From a virus: DNA of 36,476 nt. Shown piece after piece: positions 1 through 8,239 of the stretch. The notes under the pieces are model-generated. The model did not search any database, was not told the DNA's origin, and saw only the letters and a list, made by a program, of their open reading frames with translations. The DNA lies in the IMG/VR virus record IMGVR_UViG_3300002026_000087, one strand, 5' to 3'. A program made the translations under genes and the position numbers. Within the stretch, counting starts at the first letter, position 1; every line of letters starts with the position of its first letter.

Positions 1-91
1 CGAATCCGACAGGGGGGGTATGTCGAATCCGACACCATATAATAAGAATACATTAAATAAGAAAAGAAAGAAGAAGGAAGAATATATATGT
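1..91. repeat. Terminal direct repeat: nt 1-91 are identical to nt 36386-36476 (overlap of a circular or circularly permuted genome)
   Basis: Base-by-base comparison of both window ends. An ORF reads in phase across the join. Confidence 0.95.
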
Positions 92-478
92 CAACACGAT
101 CCAATTCTTAACGACATAACTGCGCAGAAGGTAATGGACCTGTGGAATTCAATTGTTGATGAAAAAGGAACACTTTCTAATATTAAAGAACTTAATGCTA
201 ATAGGCATGAACTAATTAAAGAGCTGTCTATAACAAGATTACCTACTATTGATGATTGGAGGACATATTTTTATAGCATATATCAATCTAAATTTCTTTT
301 AGGCCAGGCCAATGGAACGTGGAAAGCAAATTTTGAGTGGGTTCTTAATTCAAGTAATGCTTTAAAAATAATAGAGGGACAATATTTCGACAAACAGAAA
401 AAAATGGAGTCAAATTCAGAGATTGAGAATTTTAGGCGAAACATATTAGGCCTAGGAAATAAAAAGGGGGTTATATGA
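2..478 (+). CDS. Replication initiator / replisome-organizer-like protein, 3' part (same gene as 35919..36476; wraps the circular junction; about 314 aa in total)
   Basis: Position 20 equals 36405 on the circle, in the same phase as ATG 35919, with no stop between. The C-terminal segment GQANGTWKANFEWVLNSSNALKIIEGQY resembles the conserved C-terminal domain of phage replication/organizer proteins. Its TGA overlaps the next ATG (ATGA). Confidence 0.6.
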   Translation, partial: ESDRGGMSNPTPYNKNTLNKKRKKKEEYICQHDPILNDITAQKVMDLWNSIVDEKGTLSNIKELNANRHELIKELSITRLPTIDDWRTYFYSIYQSKFLLGQANGTWKANFEWVLNSSNALKIIEGQYFDKQKKMESNSEIENFRRNILGLGNKKGVI

Positions 479-1005
479 ATTACGGGGAATTAATGGCATA
501 CAACTTAGCTGATTATTATGAAAAAAAATTGGGAGATGTACGCTTAGAATATGATGGGAAGTTTTTTTCCCAATTTACAGAGCTAGAATTAAAAACAATT
601 TATATCAAGTGCATATCTACATTTAGGTTTTATCCAACAATAGCAGAATTAACGGAACTATTACAACCAAAAGAAGATTCTAAAGATCAAGCAAATGAAA
701 TGACAGGTTCAATTCTCCAAGCAGTTAGAGATTACGGGAGACATCAAGCGCTTAAAGTAAAAATGCTATTAGGACCCATAGCATGGTTTGCAATAGAAAG
801 CTTTGGAGGGTGGGATGTTATATGTAATGTCCCTGAAGATCAGCTAGCAACATCAAGAGCACAGCTAAGAGACATGTGTAAATCAGCGTTGACAATAAAA
901 AGTAGGGTAGCTATAAAAGACAATCTTTTAGAGTATCAAAAACATGGAATGCGAAAGCTTGGATTTTGCCAAGCAACTAATTATATCGAAAACAAAGGAG
1001 AATAG
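475..1005 (+). CDS. Putative replicative-helicase loader (SPP1 G39P-like), 176 aa
   Basis: ATGA overlap with the initiator gene and an AAGGGGG SD. FRFYPTIAELTELL resembles the F-P-P-[ST]-[IV]-A-E-[IL] signature I associate with the G39P loader family. It sits directly after the initiator. Confidence 0.5.
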   Translation: MNYGELMAYNLADYYEKKLGDVRLEYDGKFFSQFTELELKTIYIKCISTFRFYPTIAELTELLQPKEDSKDQANEMTGSILQAVRDYGRHQALKVKMLLGPIAWFAIESFGGWDVICNVPEDQLATSRAQLRDMCKSALTIKSRVAIKDNLLEYQKHGMRKLGFCQATNYIENKGE

Positions 1006-1006
1006 G

Positions 1007-1285
1007 ATGAAAGTAACAATTGAGTTTGATTTACCTAAAGATCAAGGTAAGTATAATACTTACCTAACACAACAAACAACTGTTGAGGAAATAGAAAAGT
1101 TGTTTATGTATGTTTTAACAGTATCAGAAGAAGCGGAAAAGTCTGGGGATAATTCAGTAGTAGATTTATGTTTAAATATAAATAGGAAATTAACTTTAAT
1201 GGTTCAAAAAACATCTATATCAATTGGATGTAATTATGACGTTTTAAAAGAATCATATTTAAAAAAAACAAGTCAGCAGGAATAA
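1007..1285 (+). CDS. Hypothetical protein, 92 aa (start moved from the track ATG 944 to ATG 1007)
   Basis: An AAAGGAG SD lies about 7 nt upstream of ATG 1007. ATG 944 lies inside the preceding gene. Confidence 0.6.
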   Translation: MKVTIEFDLPKDQGKYNTYLTQQTTVEEIEKLFMYVLTVSEEAEKSGDNSVVDLCLNINRKLTLMVQKTSISIGCNYDVLKESYLKKTSQQE

Positions 1286-1290
1286 TTATC

Positions 1291-1319
1291 TTAACAACTA
1301 ATAACTAATTTTATATAAT
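1291..1319 (+). promoter_or_regulatory. Sigma70-like promoter candidate, TTAACA-17-TATAAT, upstream of ssb
   Basis: Hexamers read directly: -35 at 1291-1296, -10 at 1314-1319. The AT-rich background raises the chance-hit rate. Confidence 0.4.
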
Positions 1320-1326
1320 AATAACA

Positions 1327-1374
1327 ACTCACCAGATATCCCTTTTATCATCCCTCCAGAAAATTCTGGTGAGT
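1327..1374 (+). promoter_or_regulatory. Perfect 10-bp inverted repeat (ACTCACCAGA ... TCTGGTGAGT, 28-nt loop) in the ssb leader
   Basis: Arms at 1327-1336 and 1365-1374. Only a weak T-run (TATTT) follows, so it is more likely a leader structure than a terminator. Confidence 0.35.
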
Positions 1375-1396
1375 TATTTCCAACAAAAGGATCTCC

Positions 1397-1837
1397 ATGT
1401 CTCTAAACAAAGTACATCTAATAGGCCGACTTGGTAAAGATGCTGAGTTAACTCATACATCAACAGGATTAGCTGTTCTAAAGGCCACAATTGCTACTTC
1501 TGAGCGTTTTAAAGATAAAGATGGAAAGTATATCGAAAAGAGCGAATGGCATCGTTTAGCTATGTTTTCGAAACGAGCAGAGGGTGTTGCTCCTTATCTT
1601 AAAAAAGGCACTCAAGTTTATGTGGAAGGAAAGATCCAAACCACTCAATATGAGAAGGATGGCGTTAAACATTTCTCCACAGATATCATAGTCAATGACA
1701 TTATCTTGCTGGGCATAAAGGAAAAAGCTGTCCAACAGGAGTTTAAACACCCTGATCAAGAGCAATTTGATAAATTAGTTGGAAATATGAGAGCTGCAGC
1801 AACAATATTAGGTGACAGTGACAATATCCCCTTCTAA
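1397..1837 (+). CDS. ssb: Single-stranded DNA-binding protein
   Basis: N-terminus MSLNKVHLIGRLGKDAEL is typical of an OB-fold SSB. It has a flexible tail and an acidic C-terminal tip, DSDNIPF. An AAAGGA SD is present. Confidence 0.9.
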   Translation: MSLNKVHLIGRLGKDAELTHTSTGLAVLKATIATSERFKDKDGKYIEKSEWHRLAMFSKRAEGVAPYLKKGTQVYVEGKIQTTQYEKDGVKHFSTDIIVNDIILLGIKEKAVQQEFKHPDQEQFDKLVGNMRAAATILGDSDNIPF

Positions 1838-1846
1838 AATGGAAGG

Positions 1847-2074
1847 ATGGATACAGAAAGAATTGCATTAATTAAGTCATTAGCAAAAGTATTGGCGTTT
1901 GAACTAGTAGATCAAGTTCAACACTACAAAGACGTTTTCGAGATAGATGTAAACCTACATGTTATAAACAGAGATATCCTGATTAAAAAGTTCAAGTTAA
2001 TTATCAATGATCATTTATGTCACCACAGAGGAGTGCTTCCGAAAGATTCACTTTGGCGAGGTAAAGAAAACTAG
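1847..2074 (+). CDS. Hypothetical protein, 75 aa
   Basis: ORF tightly following ssb, with a GGAAGG SD. No motif recognised. Confidence 0.5.
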   Translation: MDTERIALIKSLAKVLAFELVDQVQHYKDVFEIDVNLHVINRDILIKKFKLIINDHLCHHRGVLPKDSLWRGKEN

Positions 2075-2076
2075 GA

Positions 2077-2298
2077 TTATTTCCCACTCTCCTTCTTTAA
2101 TCTCTCCCTCAACCTCTCAAGTTGCCCCTCATACTTATCATGCATCTTAATCGGCAAGTCAGTCTCAATCTCGCTTACAAACTTTAAAAACTCTTCTTTT
2201 AGCTTCTGATTGTCCGCTTTCTTATCGATAATAAATAATACCAGTTTCAAAAGCAAGGGTAATGCTGTTGTCAAAATCGTTCCTATAACCGCCCACAT
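2077..2298 (-). CDS. Small membrane protein with an N-terminal TM helix and a charged helical C-terminus (holin- or spanin-like; lysis cassette candidate)
   Basis: WAVIGTILTTALPLLLKLVLFII is followed by a K/E-rich helix. It is the last gene of the late operon. Confidence 0.55.
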   Translation of the reverse strand: MWAVIGTILTTALPLLLKLVLFIIDKKADNQKLKEEFLKFVSEIETDLPIKMHDKYEGQLERLRERLKKESGK

Positions 2299-2300
2299 AT

Positions 2301-2981
2301 CTACCTCCTTACCTGTTCAGTTTCATACCCTATAACTGTATGTCTATGTACTTTGTTGGGAGCTGCTAACTCCATAAAAGCATAGACACACGTCCCTCTA
2401 TTTACTCTATAAGTATACTCGATACCCCTATCAACTCCAATCTCACACCCTATGTCAGGCGATACAATTGTCTCCACTCTAAATCTCAACCTTTGGATGC
2501 TGCCAATCTTCTCCTGACAGATGCTAACCCCGTTAGTACTCTCTGTGACTGATCCACAGATGCTAACAGCAGGCAATGTGGTATTAGGATCTTCGAAATC
2601 TATGTATCCCAGAGACTGCATCCCCTCTGCATTCAGTGCCACTACGTAGGCGGGACATAGTCCTTTTAGTTCGAGTTCGTTAGGGGCATAGTTAATCCTA
2701 AACTCCTTCCTATTTAGACCTATACGGGGATCTTCGACTGTCACAGTTCGAGAGCAGGTCTTAAAGCTTATCCAGTCAATCTTTTGCTCAGTAGAGAAGT
2801 CTATCGTGTATAGTGGTTTGGCAGGTAATACAAGGACACCGTTGCCAAAGTACTCTTTGTTTTGGATGGACATATCTAGTTTGTAGATCTTGTCCTTGTC
2901 TATTTTGGTTTGAATTTGTGAACAACCTGTAATTATAATTGCACAAATTGAGATAATGAAAATCTTAATCATATTTATCAT
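2301..2981 (-). CDS. Predicted lipoprotein, Cys-rich, 226 aa
   Basis: Signal peptide MIKIFIISICAIIITG|C with lipobox I-T-G-C. The mature part contains many Cys residues. Confidence 0.65.
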   Translation of the reverse strand: MINMIKIFIISICAIIITGCSQIQTKIDKDKIYKLDMSIQNKEYFGNGVLVLPAKPLYTIDFSTEQKIDWISFKTCSRTVTVEDPRIGLNRKEFRINYAPNELELKGLCPAYVVALNAEGMQSLGYIDFEDPNTTLPAVSICGSVTESTNGVSICQEKIGSIQRLRFRVETIVSPDIGCEIGVDRGIEYTYRVNRGTCVYAFMELAAPNKVHRHTVIGYETEQVRR

Positions 2982-3195
2982 CTGATATTCTCCAAGGTTC
3001 GAGTTCTAACTCTTTCAGTAGATCTTTTTCGGGACCTCTTTTATACTTTAATAATTCAGGGTATCTGTTGAGCCAGTATCTTAGAGCTCTAGTTGAGATG
3101 CCTATCCAGTTCGCTGCTACTTTTTGTCTATCGCAAACTTTATAGGCATCATGAACTAGTTTTATCTTTGCCTTATCTAATGGAGAGTGGGACAT
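2965..3195 (-). CDS. Small helix-turn-helix DNA-binding protein (Fis/NtrC-type HTH-like)
   Basis: KVAANWIGISTRALRYWLNRYPEL fits an HTH_8-type motif. Confidence 0.5.
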   Translation of the reverse strand: MSHSPLDKAKIKLVHDAYKVCDRQKVAANWIGISTRALRYWLNRYPELLKYKRGPEKDLLKELELEPWRISDDKYD

Positions 3196-3548
3196 TACTT
3201 TAAGTTTTTAAATAGTGCGATCGAGTCACGCACTATGACCTCTAATTGGAATAGAATACTAAATGACTTTTCTATCACTACTTCTAAGCTTCTGTCCTCT
3301 ATTGAGAATTTCTCGCATAGATAGTCTTTGATCTCTACTCTTTCGGCATCACTTAGATCGCTGTACTCATTCTTAAGAGCTTTAAAGTCTACTCTAATCA
3401 TGTCTACTACTTCATCTAAGGCGTCTACTAACTTTAACCATTTCTTCCAGTTCTTACTATTTTCTTTGCCGATAGCATCGCCGATATTGCCTAGCTCAAT
3501 TGGTAGTCCTATTAGTAACTTGATATTCGAAATTCCAAACTTTTCCAT
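3195..3548 (-). CDS. Hypothetical protein, 117 aa
   Basis: ORF with a TGAGGA SD, coupled to its neighbours. No motif recognised. Confidence 0.55.
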   Translation of the reverse strand: MEKFGISNIKLLIGLPIELGNIGDAIGKENSKNWKKWLKLVDALDEVVDMIRVDFKALKNEYSDLSDAERVEIKDYLCEKFSIEDRSLEVVIEKSFSILFQLEVIVRDSIALFKNLK

Positions 3549-3554
3549 AAGTCC

Positions 3555-3734
3555 TCACTTTTTAATTATTAATATTACCAGATTAAATACTATCGTAATT
3601 ACTGTCGTTATTCCAATAATAATTCCCATCGCTTTATTTTTAAACTCAACCACGGAGTCAAGCTTGTCATCGATTTTATCGACGGATTCTTTAATGTATT
3701 GAATGACTTCGCTCTTCTCGCATGGTTGATTCAT
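3555..3734 (-). CDS. 59-aa tail-anchored membrane protein (XhlA-like topology); absent from the ORF track because it is under 60 aa
   Basis: Hand translation gives MNQPCEKSEVIQYIKESVDKIDDKLDSVVEFKNKAMGIIIGITTVITIVFNLVILIIKK, i.e. an N-terminal helix plus a C-terminal TM. It fills the gap between the fibre gene and the 117-aa gene. Confidence 0.5.
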   Translation of the reverse strand: MNQPCEKSEVIQYIKESVDKIDDKLDSVVEFKNKAMGIIIGITTVITIVFNLVILIIKK

Positions 3735-3754
3735 TGTTGTTCTATTTCCTATTA

Positions 3755-6700
3755 CTAACTTAGTCTTGCAATTTGTAAAACTGTGCCCGAGGAAGATCCA
3801 ATTACCGTTATCGTGCTGGTACTATTATCGCCTGCTCCATATAGGAAAAGCTCTACGTAGTCTCCTGGATTTAGATATTTAATAGCTGATACAGGAATTA
3901 CAAAAGCACTACTTGCTACCTGTTTTTGATATGGTCCACCAAAAACAGTGACTCCGTTTATTCTAATAACTAATTGATAATAATTAGCTAGTATGTTAGT
4001 AGGGTCAGTATATACACTCCCTATGATGCTATAGAAACCACTTATAGGCGCCACATATCTATAAGTGGAAACATTGAAAGCGGCGTGAGTATCTTTTGCT
4101 ACCGTATTTATGTTTAATTTAACAAAAGTATTATTAGTATTTACTCCAGTTTGGTTGCCAGTTAAATAAGAATCACACCCGACGGACTCGCTCGCTGCGA
4201 TTGTTTGAGGGGAGGATACCAATTCTATGTTTAAATTAGAAACATTATTTGCATCTAAAGTAGCTGAACTACGTAAATCAATGAAGTCTCCTGCATTACA
4301 TTTTAATAAACAATTAAATGTACCTTCTCCGTTTGAATCGGTAATTCCTCCTTGTATGACAAAAACTGCATTAACATATGCATATAGAGACGCTGCATTG
4401 TTGGCAGACTCTATATAACCATAAACTCTATAATAACCACCTGTTGAAACTAAATACCTTCCTGTTGTAGGATTATATGAGGCAGTAGTATCAAAATCTA
4501 TCGTAGGGAATATTATAGGTTGATTGGCAGAAGCAGATGCTGCGTCTCCCTTTACTCTGCAAGCAACAACCCTATTCCCAGCATCACTACTCATAACTAC
4601 GTTGGAGGACCAACCGGCGATGGGGATAACTGCAAAAAAAGCAACCGTTGACGAAGCATTTGAAAATGTCTCTCCAGTAAGTGTTCCGTAAAATGTACTA
4701 TTTGTAGGCGTCTGTGCCCCATAGATAAATTTTAAAAGAGTTGTACTGCTAGGAATAACACTAATCCCACCTCTATTAACACCGCCGTTGTCTAAGTTAA
4801 AAGAGTATCCTGAACCAAAGGTATTATCGTTAGCACTATATTTTGTTGTGTCCATAGAATAGCCAACAGGTAATGAATAAGTAACTGCAGCTGTTCCTGT
4901 TCCAGACGAAACTGAAAACCTCCCACTGATTTCCATTGAATCGCCAACTCTACGATATTTGGCAGAAATTGACCCTGGAGTACCTGTTCCATATCCAGCA
5001 ACTGTAGGAGTATAATTAATCCAATCAGTAACCGGCGCCCCATATGTAATATTAACCGGTCCAACTTGTACATCATCAATATTCATAGTCCATGCGCTGG
5101 CATTTACCGTAGCAACATGGAAGATTAATCGATAATCATTGTTTGGAGTAGCATCTGTCTGAAACTGTCCAACAAACCTACCTGATCCATCTAAACTATT
5201 TGGAGTGATCGGTACAAGCGCAGCGCCATCTCTACTGTACATAAAGATCGCAACGTCGCCGTTGGCATAGCTATAGTTAGCGCTAGTCTTATAGTTGAAA
5301 CTTACCTGTAATACTTTACTGAAGTCTGCAGGATCGATAGTGAAGTCATAACTAACACCTTCACCTTGTCTATTAGATGCGTCCTTAGTTATCAGACCGT
5401 CTCCAGCGCCTCTTAATGGGGTGGTTGTATTGCGAGTAATAGTAACGGTAGGTGATCCACCTGTACCGTCTACAGGGGTTGCTGCTGCTGCGTCTGCGTA
5501 TGCTGCCCAACCTGTTGTTGCTGTATCGAAGGTTGAGTTTAGGATGTAATCAGGAGTGACATTGATGTCTACTGAGCTTACGTTAGCTCCATCACCTTTT
5601 AGGAAACCTGTTAGGTTAGTAGTTGTGGTTGTTCTAACATCGTTTAGAATTATATTCCTATCTGGGACTGTAATTACTCTATTGTTTGCAGTTGTGATCC
5701 CAGATGCTTCGAACTGGAATGTTTTAGTTACGTCGGTGTTATCGAATATTTGAAATGTGCTGTCATTGAATACTGTAGGAACTGCTCCTCCTGCTACTGT
5801 TCCTCCTGTTGTGGTTACTGCTCTCCAATCTTGGTAGTTAATACCTACGGCGATGGTTCGTATTCGAGCTTTAAGAGCATTAGAATAGGAGTTATTTGTT
5901 TCGTAAATAACGGTTCCTAGTGATTTCATTTCCTTTGGAAATCCAGGAATAAGCTGTATGCCTGCTATCTCCGTTGTTGCTCCAGCACGTGCATTCGCAA
6001 CAGACGTATACGTAGATTGCCCCATGATTGCGACAACTCTAAGAGACTGAGTGTTTTCTCCGATACAGAAAATGTGGTATAGGCAAAAATCTGTATTTGC
6101 TACTTCTGCTAGTGTCCAGTTACCGCCGGTTAAGAAGTTGTATGCTATTCTGCCTGTGCCGGTTGCTATCGCAGAATAACCTGCGTTTGTTGCTTTGCGG
6201 AGAGTGGGCGCTGCTGTTGTACCCAGTAAATAATAGATCGGTAGTCCAACCGTGGATGCAATAGCGATAGTGGGGAAATAAATATCTTCATCTACAATTG
6301 CGCCAGCATCAACTCCGAATTGAATATTTGTGGCAAGTGCTCCTGAGCCGTCGGCAACAAATGTATTTAGTGCTAGACCATTTAGGTATCTTGCTCCAAA
6401 TGCAAAGTGGAGATACGCATGAGTGTCTTTCGCCATGTTTATACCATGGAGTTCTTTGCCAAGGAAATTGTGGGCCTTTGCTGTAGCATCCCAGTATACG
6501 TATGCAACTAGTGGATTTGTTCTTATAGCTGTATCGATTTGCGCATCTGTTGGATTAATGATTTCAGCGAGCACTCCTAAGTTATAATATATAAAATGGA
6601 GACCTTCAGTATCTGCTATTTTGAATGAGTCAGTAGCTTTTGTATATTTAACTCCGTTTTGATAAAAGTGAAATGTACTTCCAATTGTAGGAGTTAGAGT

Positions 6701-7333
6701 TAATGTTCTAGTTGCTCCAAGTGCTCCATCTACGAATGATAAAGCTGCAGGTCCATACATGCTTGACCAACCTGTCCTTTCTGTACTCTCAACAGTGTTT
6801 TCTTCTGCGTTGGGGTTTACTAATATCGAGCCAACAGTTGCACTTTTTACGACCACTATTCCTATCCTAGCAGGGAAACTCCCGTCTACTGGATGAGTAA
6901 TAGTATATGCTCCTGCGACTGTTTCACTCAAGTATAGAACGTCTCCTGCAGTATACGCATTTGTGTTTAAATTATTCACAACTCCGAACCTGGTCACTAT
7001 CCCTGTAGCACCGATCCCTATTGCTGCTGTTACAAGTCCTAGTACTCTAGAGTTTGGGTATCCGGTAGCGAGAGCAAGAGACACTTCTGGCAATCCAGTC
7101 CCTGCATTCGAGCCAGAAACATACACTGCAGATCCATCAGCGATTATAGATCCTGTATTATTAAATACACGAACATGTGTTTCTTGACCAATTTGGTTGG
7201 TCACATTTGCGATATCAGAAGGGTAGGAAGGGCACCCGTTGGTTGCATCCCAAGCAATGCTACCTGTGGTTTTAAACTTGAGTTTATCTTTAAGTATTTT
7301 GACGCCATCGCCTGAAAAAATTGAAGCCGGCAT
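3755..7333 (-). CDS. Tail fibre / receptor-binding protein, 1192 aa, multidomain
   Basis: Size and position at the end of the virion module. A central CBM-like segment (YILNSTFDTATTGWAAY...NIDDVQVGP, about nt 5057-5550) is present. Two C-terminal beta-sandwich repeats show C1q/TNF-like patterns (about nt 3758-4575). Confidence 0.8.
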   Translation of the reverse strand: MPASIFSGDGVKILKDKLKFKTTGSIAWDATNGCPSYPSDIANVTNQIGQETHVRVFNNTGSIIADGSAVYVSGSNAGTGLPEVSLALATGYPNSRVLGLVTAAIGIGATGIVTRFGVVNNLNTNAYTAGDVLYLSETVAGAYTITHPVDGSFPARIGIVVVKSATVGSILVNPNAEENTVESTERTGWSSMYGPAALSFVDGALGATRTLTLTPTIGSTFHFYQNGVKYTKATDSFKIADTEGLHFIYYNLGVLAEIINPTDAQIDTAIRTNPLVAYVYWDATAKAHNFLGKELHGINMAKDTHAYLHFAFGARYLNGLALNTFVADGSGALATNIQFGVDAGAIVDEDIYFPTIAIASTVGLPIYYLLGTTAAPTLRKATNAGYSAIATGTGRIAYNFLTGGNWTLAEVANTDFCLYHIFCIGENTQSLRVVAIMGQSTYTSVANARAGATTEIAGIQLIPGFPKEMKSLGTVIYETNNSYSNALKARIRTIAVGINYQDWRAVTTTGGTVAGGAVPTVFNDSTFQIFDNTDVTKTFQFEASGITTANNRVITVPDRNIILNDVRTTTTTNLTGFLKGDGANVSSVDINVTPDYILNSTFDTATTGWAAYADAAAATPVDGTGGSPTVTITRNTTTPLRGAGDGLITKDASNRQGEGVSYDFTIDPADFSKVLQVSFNYKTSANYSYANGDVAIFMYSRDGAALVPITPNSLDGSGRFVGQFQTDATPNNDYRLIFHVATVNASAWTMNIDDVQVGPVNITYGAPVTDWINYTPTVAGYGTGTPGSISAKYRRVGDSMEISGRFSVSSGTGTAAVTYSLPVGYSMDTTKYSANDNTFGSGYSFNLDNGGVNRGGISVIPSSTTLLKFIYGAQTPTNSTFYGTLTGETFSNASSTVAFFAVIPIAGWSSNVVMSSDAGNRVVACRVKGDAASASANQPIIFPTIDFDTTASYNPTTGRYLVSTGGYYRVYGYIESANNAASLYAYVNAVFVIQGGITDSNGEGTFNCLLKCNAGDFIDLRSSATLDANNVSNLNIELVSSPQTIAASESVGCDSYLTGNQTGVNTNNTFVKLNINTVAKDTHAAFNVSTYRYVAPISGFYSIIGSVYTDPTNILANYYQLVIRINGVTVFGGPYQKQVASSAFVIPVSAIKYLNPGDYVELFLYGAGDNSTSTITVIGSSSGTVLQIARLS

Positions 7334-7382
7334 ATAATTACTCTCCTTGAGTAGATTGTTTGTTAGACACGTTTAATGCACT

Positions 7383-7405
7383 CGACTGTTCTACGTAGAA
7401 CGTCG
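7383..7405. promoter_or_regulatory. Intergenic palindrome CGAC-T-GTTCTACGTAGAAC-GTCG upstream of the fibre gene
   Basis: A perfect 14-bp palindrome at 7388-7401 is flanked by CGAC/GTCG. No T-run follows on either strand. Confidence 0.3.
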
Positions 7406-7412
7406 CACTAGG

Positions 7413-8237
7413 TTATCCCAAAAAGTTAATTGCTAAAAATCCTGAAGTGACCGCTGCATTCTTCATGTTTCGTATTGAAACCAAAGTTCCTGGAGGGATA
7501 GAGATATCCATTTCTCCACCACCTAATGGTAACACGCATAAAAGCGTAGGTGAAGAAACTACACCTGAATATAGGCCGAAAAACTCTCCAATATCCTCAA
7601 CTGTTACAACTTTTTTAACAGCTGCTGCTAATGATGCTACTAGCGCTAACGAACTAGAGGCGCTTGCAGGGATATTGCTTGAACTTAGATCTAATAGAGG
7701 AGTTGTATCTATCTGGTCAACTACGGTTAAAGTAGCGGGAGTAACTGGAAAGGCGGCCTGATTGTTGGCAATAGTAACAGGGACTGAAGTCGCCATTGCT
7801 GTTTGGCCTAGAACTATCGATGTTCCAGCTCCATCTTTAATATATGCAGTGACGACATCTGAAGATGTAAGTGCTCTAATAGACCTTGGATCAACCTGTA
7901 CGCCTGCAACGTTTACACCTACATCTAATGCTCTAGCTGATCCATTGACTTGAGATGTTAAAGCATTGCCTGCTCCATCTTGTGTCTTTACTGGGAGCGC
8001 CGTTTGGTTATTTGCAATAGTAACTGGTGCCGATGCTGCCATCGCTGCTTGACCTAATACAGGTACTTTTGCGTTCAAAGTAACTAGATCGCCGTGAATA
8101 GTTGTATTTAAATCGGTATGAATAGTCCCAAGAGCTGTTATTTGAGTATCTTGTTTTGCTTCAGTTGCTCCACCTGCTGGAGCGCTTACTGATAATGGAA
8201 CTGAATCAATACGTGGATATATTCTGGTAGTTGTCAT
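7413..8237 (-). CDS. Virion/tail-associated protein, 274 aa, with an internal duplicated motif
   Basis: LGQAAMAASAPVTIANNQTALPV and LGQTAMATSVPVTIANNQAAFPV lie about 82 aa apart. The gene sits between the internal proteins and the fibre. Confidence 0.6.
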   Translation of the reverse strand: MTTTRIYPRIDSVPLSVSAPAGGATEAKQDTQITALGTIHTDLNTTIHGDLVTLNAKVPVLGQAAMAASAPVTIANNQTALPVKTQDGAGNALTSQVNGSARALDVGVNVAGVQVDPRSIRALTSSDVVTAYIKDGAGTSIVLGQTAMATSVPVTIANNQAAFPVTPATLTVVDQIDTTPLLDLSSSNIPASASSSLALVASLAAAVKKVVTVEDIGEFFGLYSGVVSSPTLLCVLPLGGGEMDISIPPGTLVSIRNMKNAAVTSGFLAINFLG

Positions 8238-8239
8238 GG

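Noticed and set aside
1-91. The 91-bp repeat as a genuine physical direct terminal repeat (T7-style ends)
   Set aside because: The repeat cuts through an intact ORF that reads in phase across the join, and it falls inside a tandem-repeat array. Assembly overlap of a circular or permuted genome is the simpler explanation. It remains testable with read-start analysis.
944-1006. Longer N-terminal extensions in the track ORFs (944..1285, 12714..13721, 34086..34277)
   Set aside because: The upstream ATGs lie inside the preceding gene. Internal ATGs at 1007, 13676 and 34220 have SD sequences or ATGA/TAATG coupling.
3328-3702. Plus-strand ORF of 124 aa, together with the many similar antisense or off-frame track ORFs (1556..1765, 4227..4418, 4792..5079, 5556..5753, 6298..6486, 6963..7187, 7447..7953, 10341..10613, 10881..11105, 11483..11725, 12233..12442, 14693..14902, 15245..15433, 18225..18410, 19434..19727, 21857..22204, 24964..25221, 27614..28018, 28310..28501, 29036..29272, 30951..31193, 31800..32072, 32335..32517, 34780..34977)
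   Set aside because: Each lies wholly inside, or opposite to, a longer ORF with recognisable motifs or operon context. Their products are low-complexity Ser/Leu/Ile/Pro-rich strings typical of shadow frames, and none has a convincing SD.
3755-7333. Diversity-generating retroelement targeting the fibre or the repeat protein
   Set aside because: No reverse transcriptase ORF and no template-repeat copy of any fibre or repeat segment was seen in non-coding DNA.
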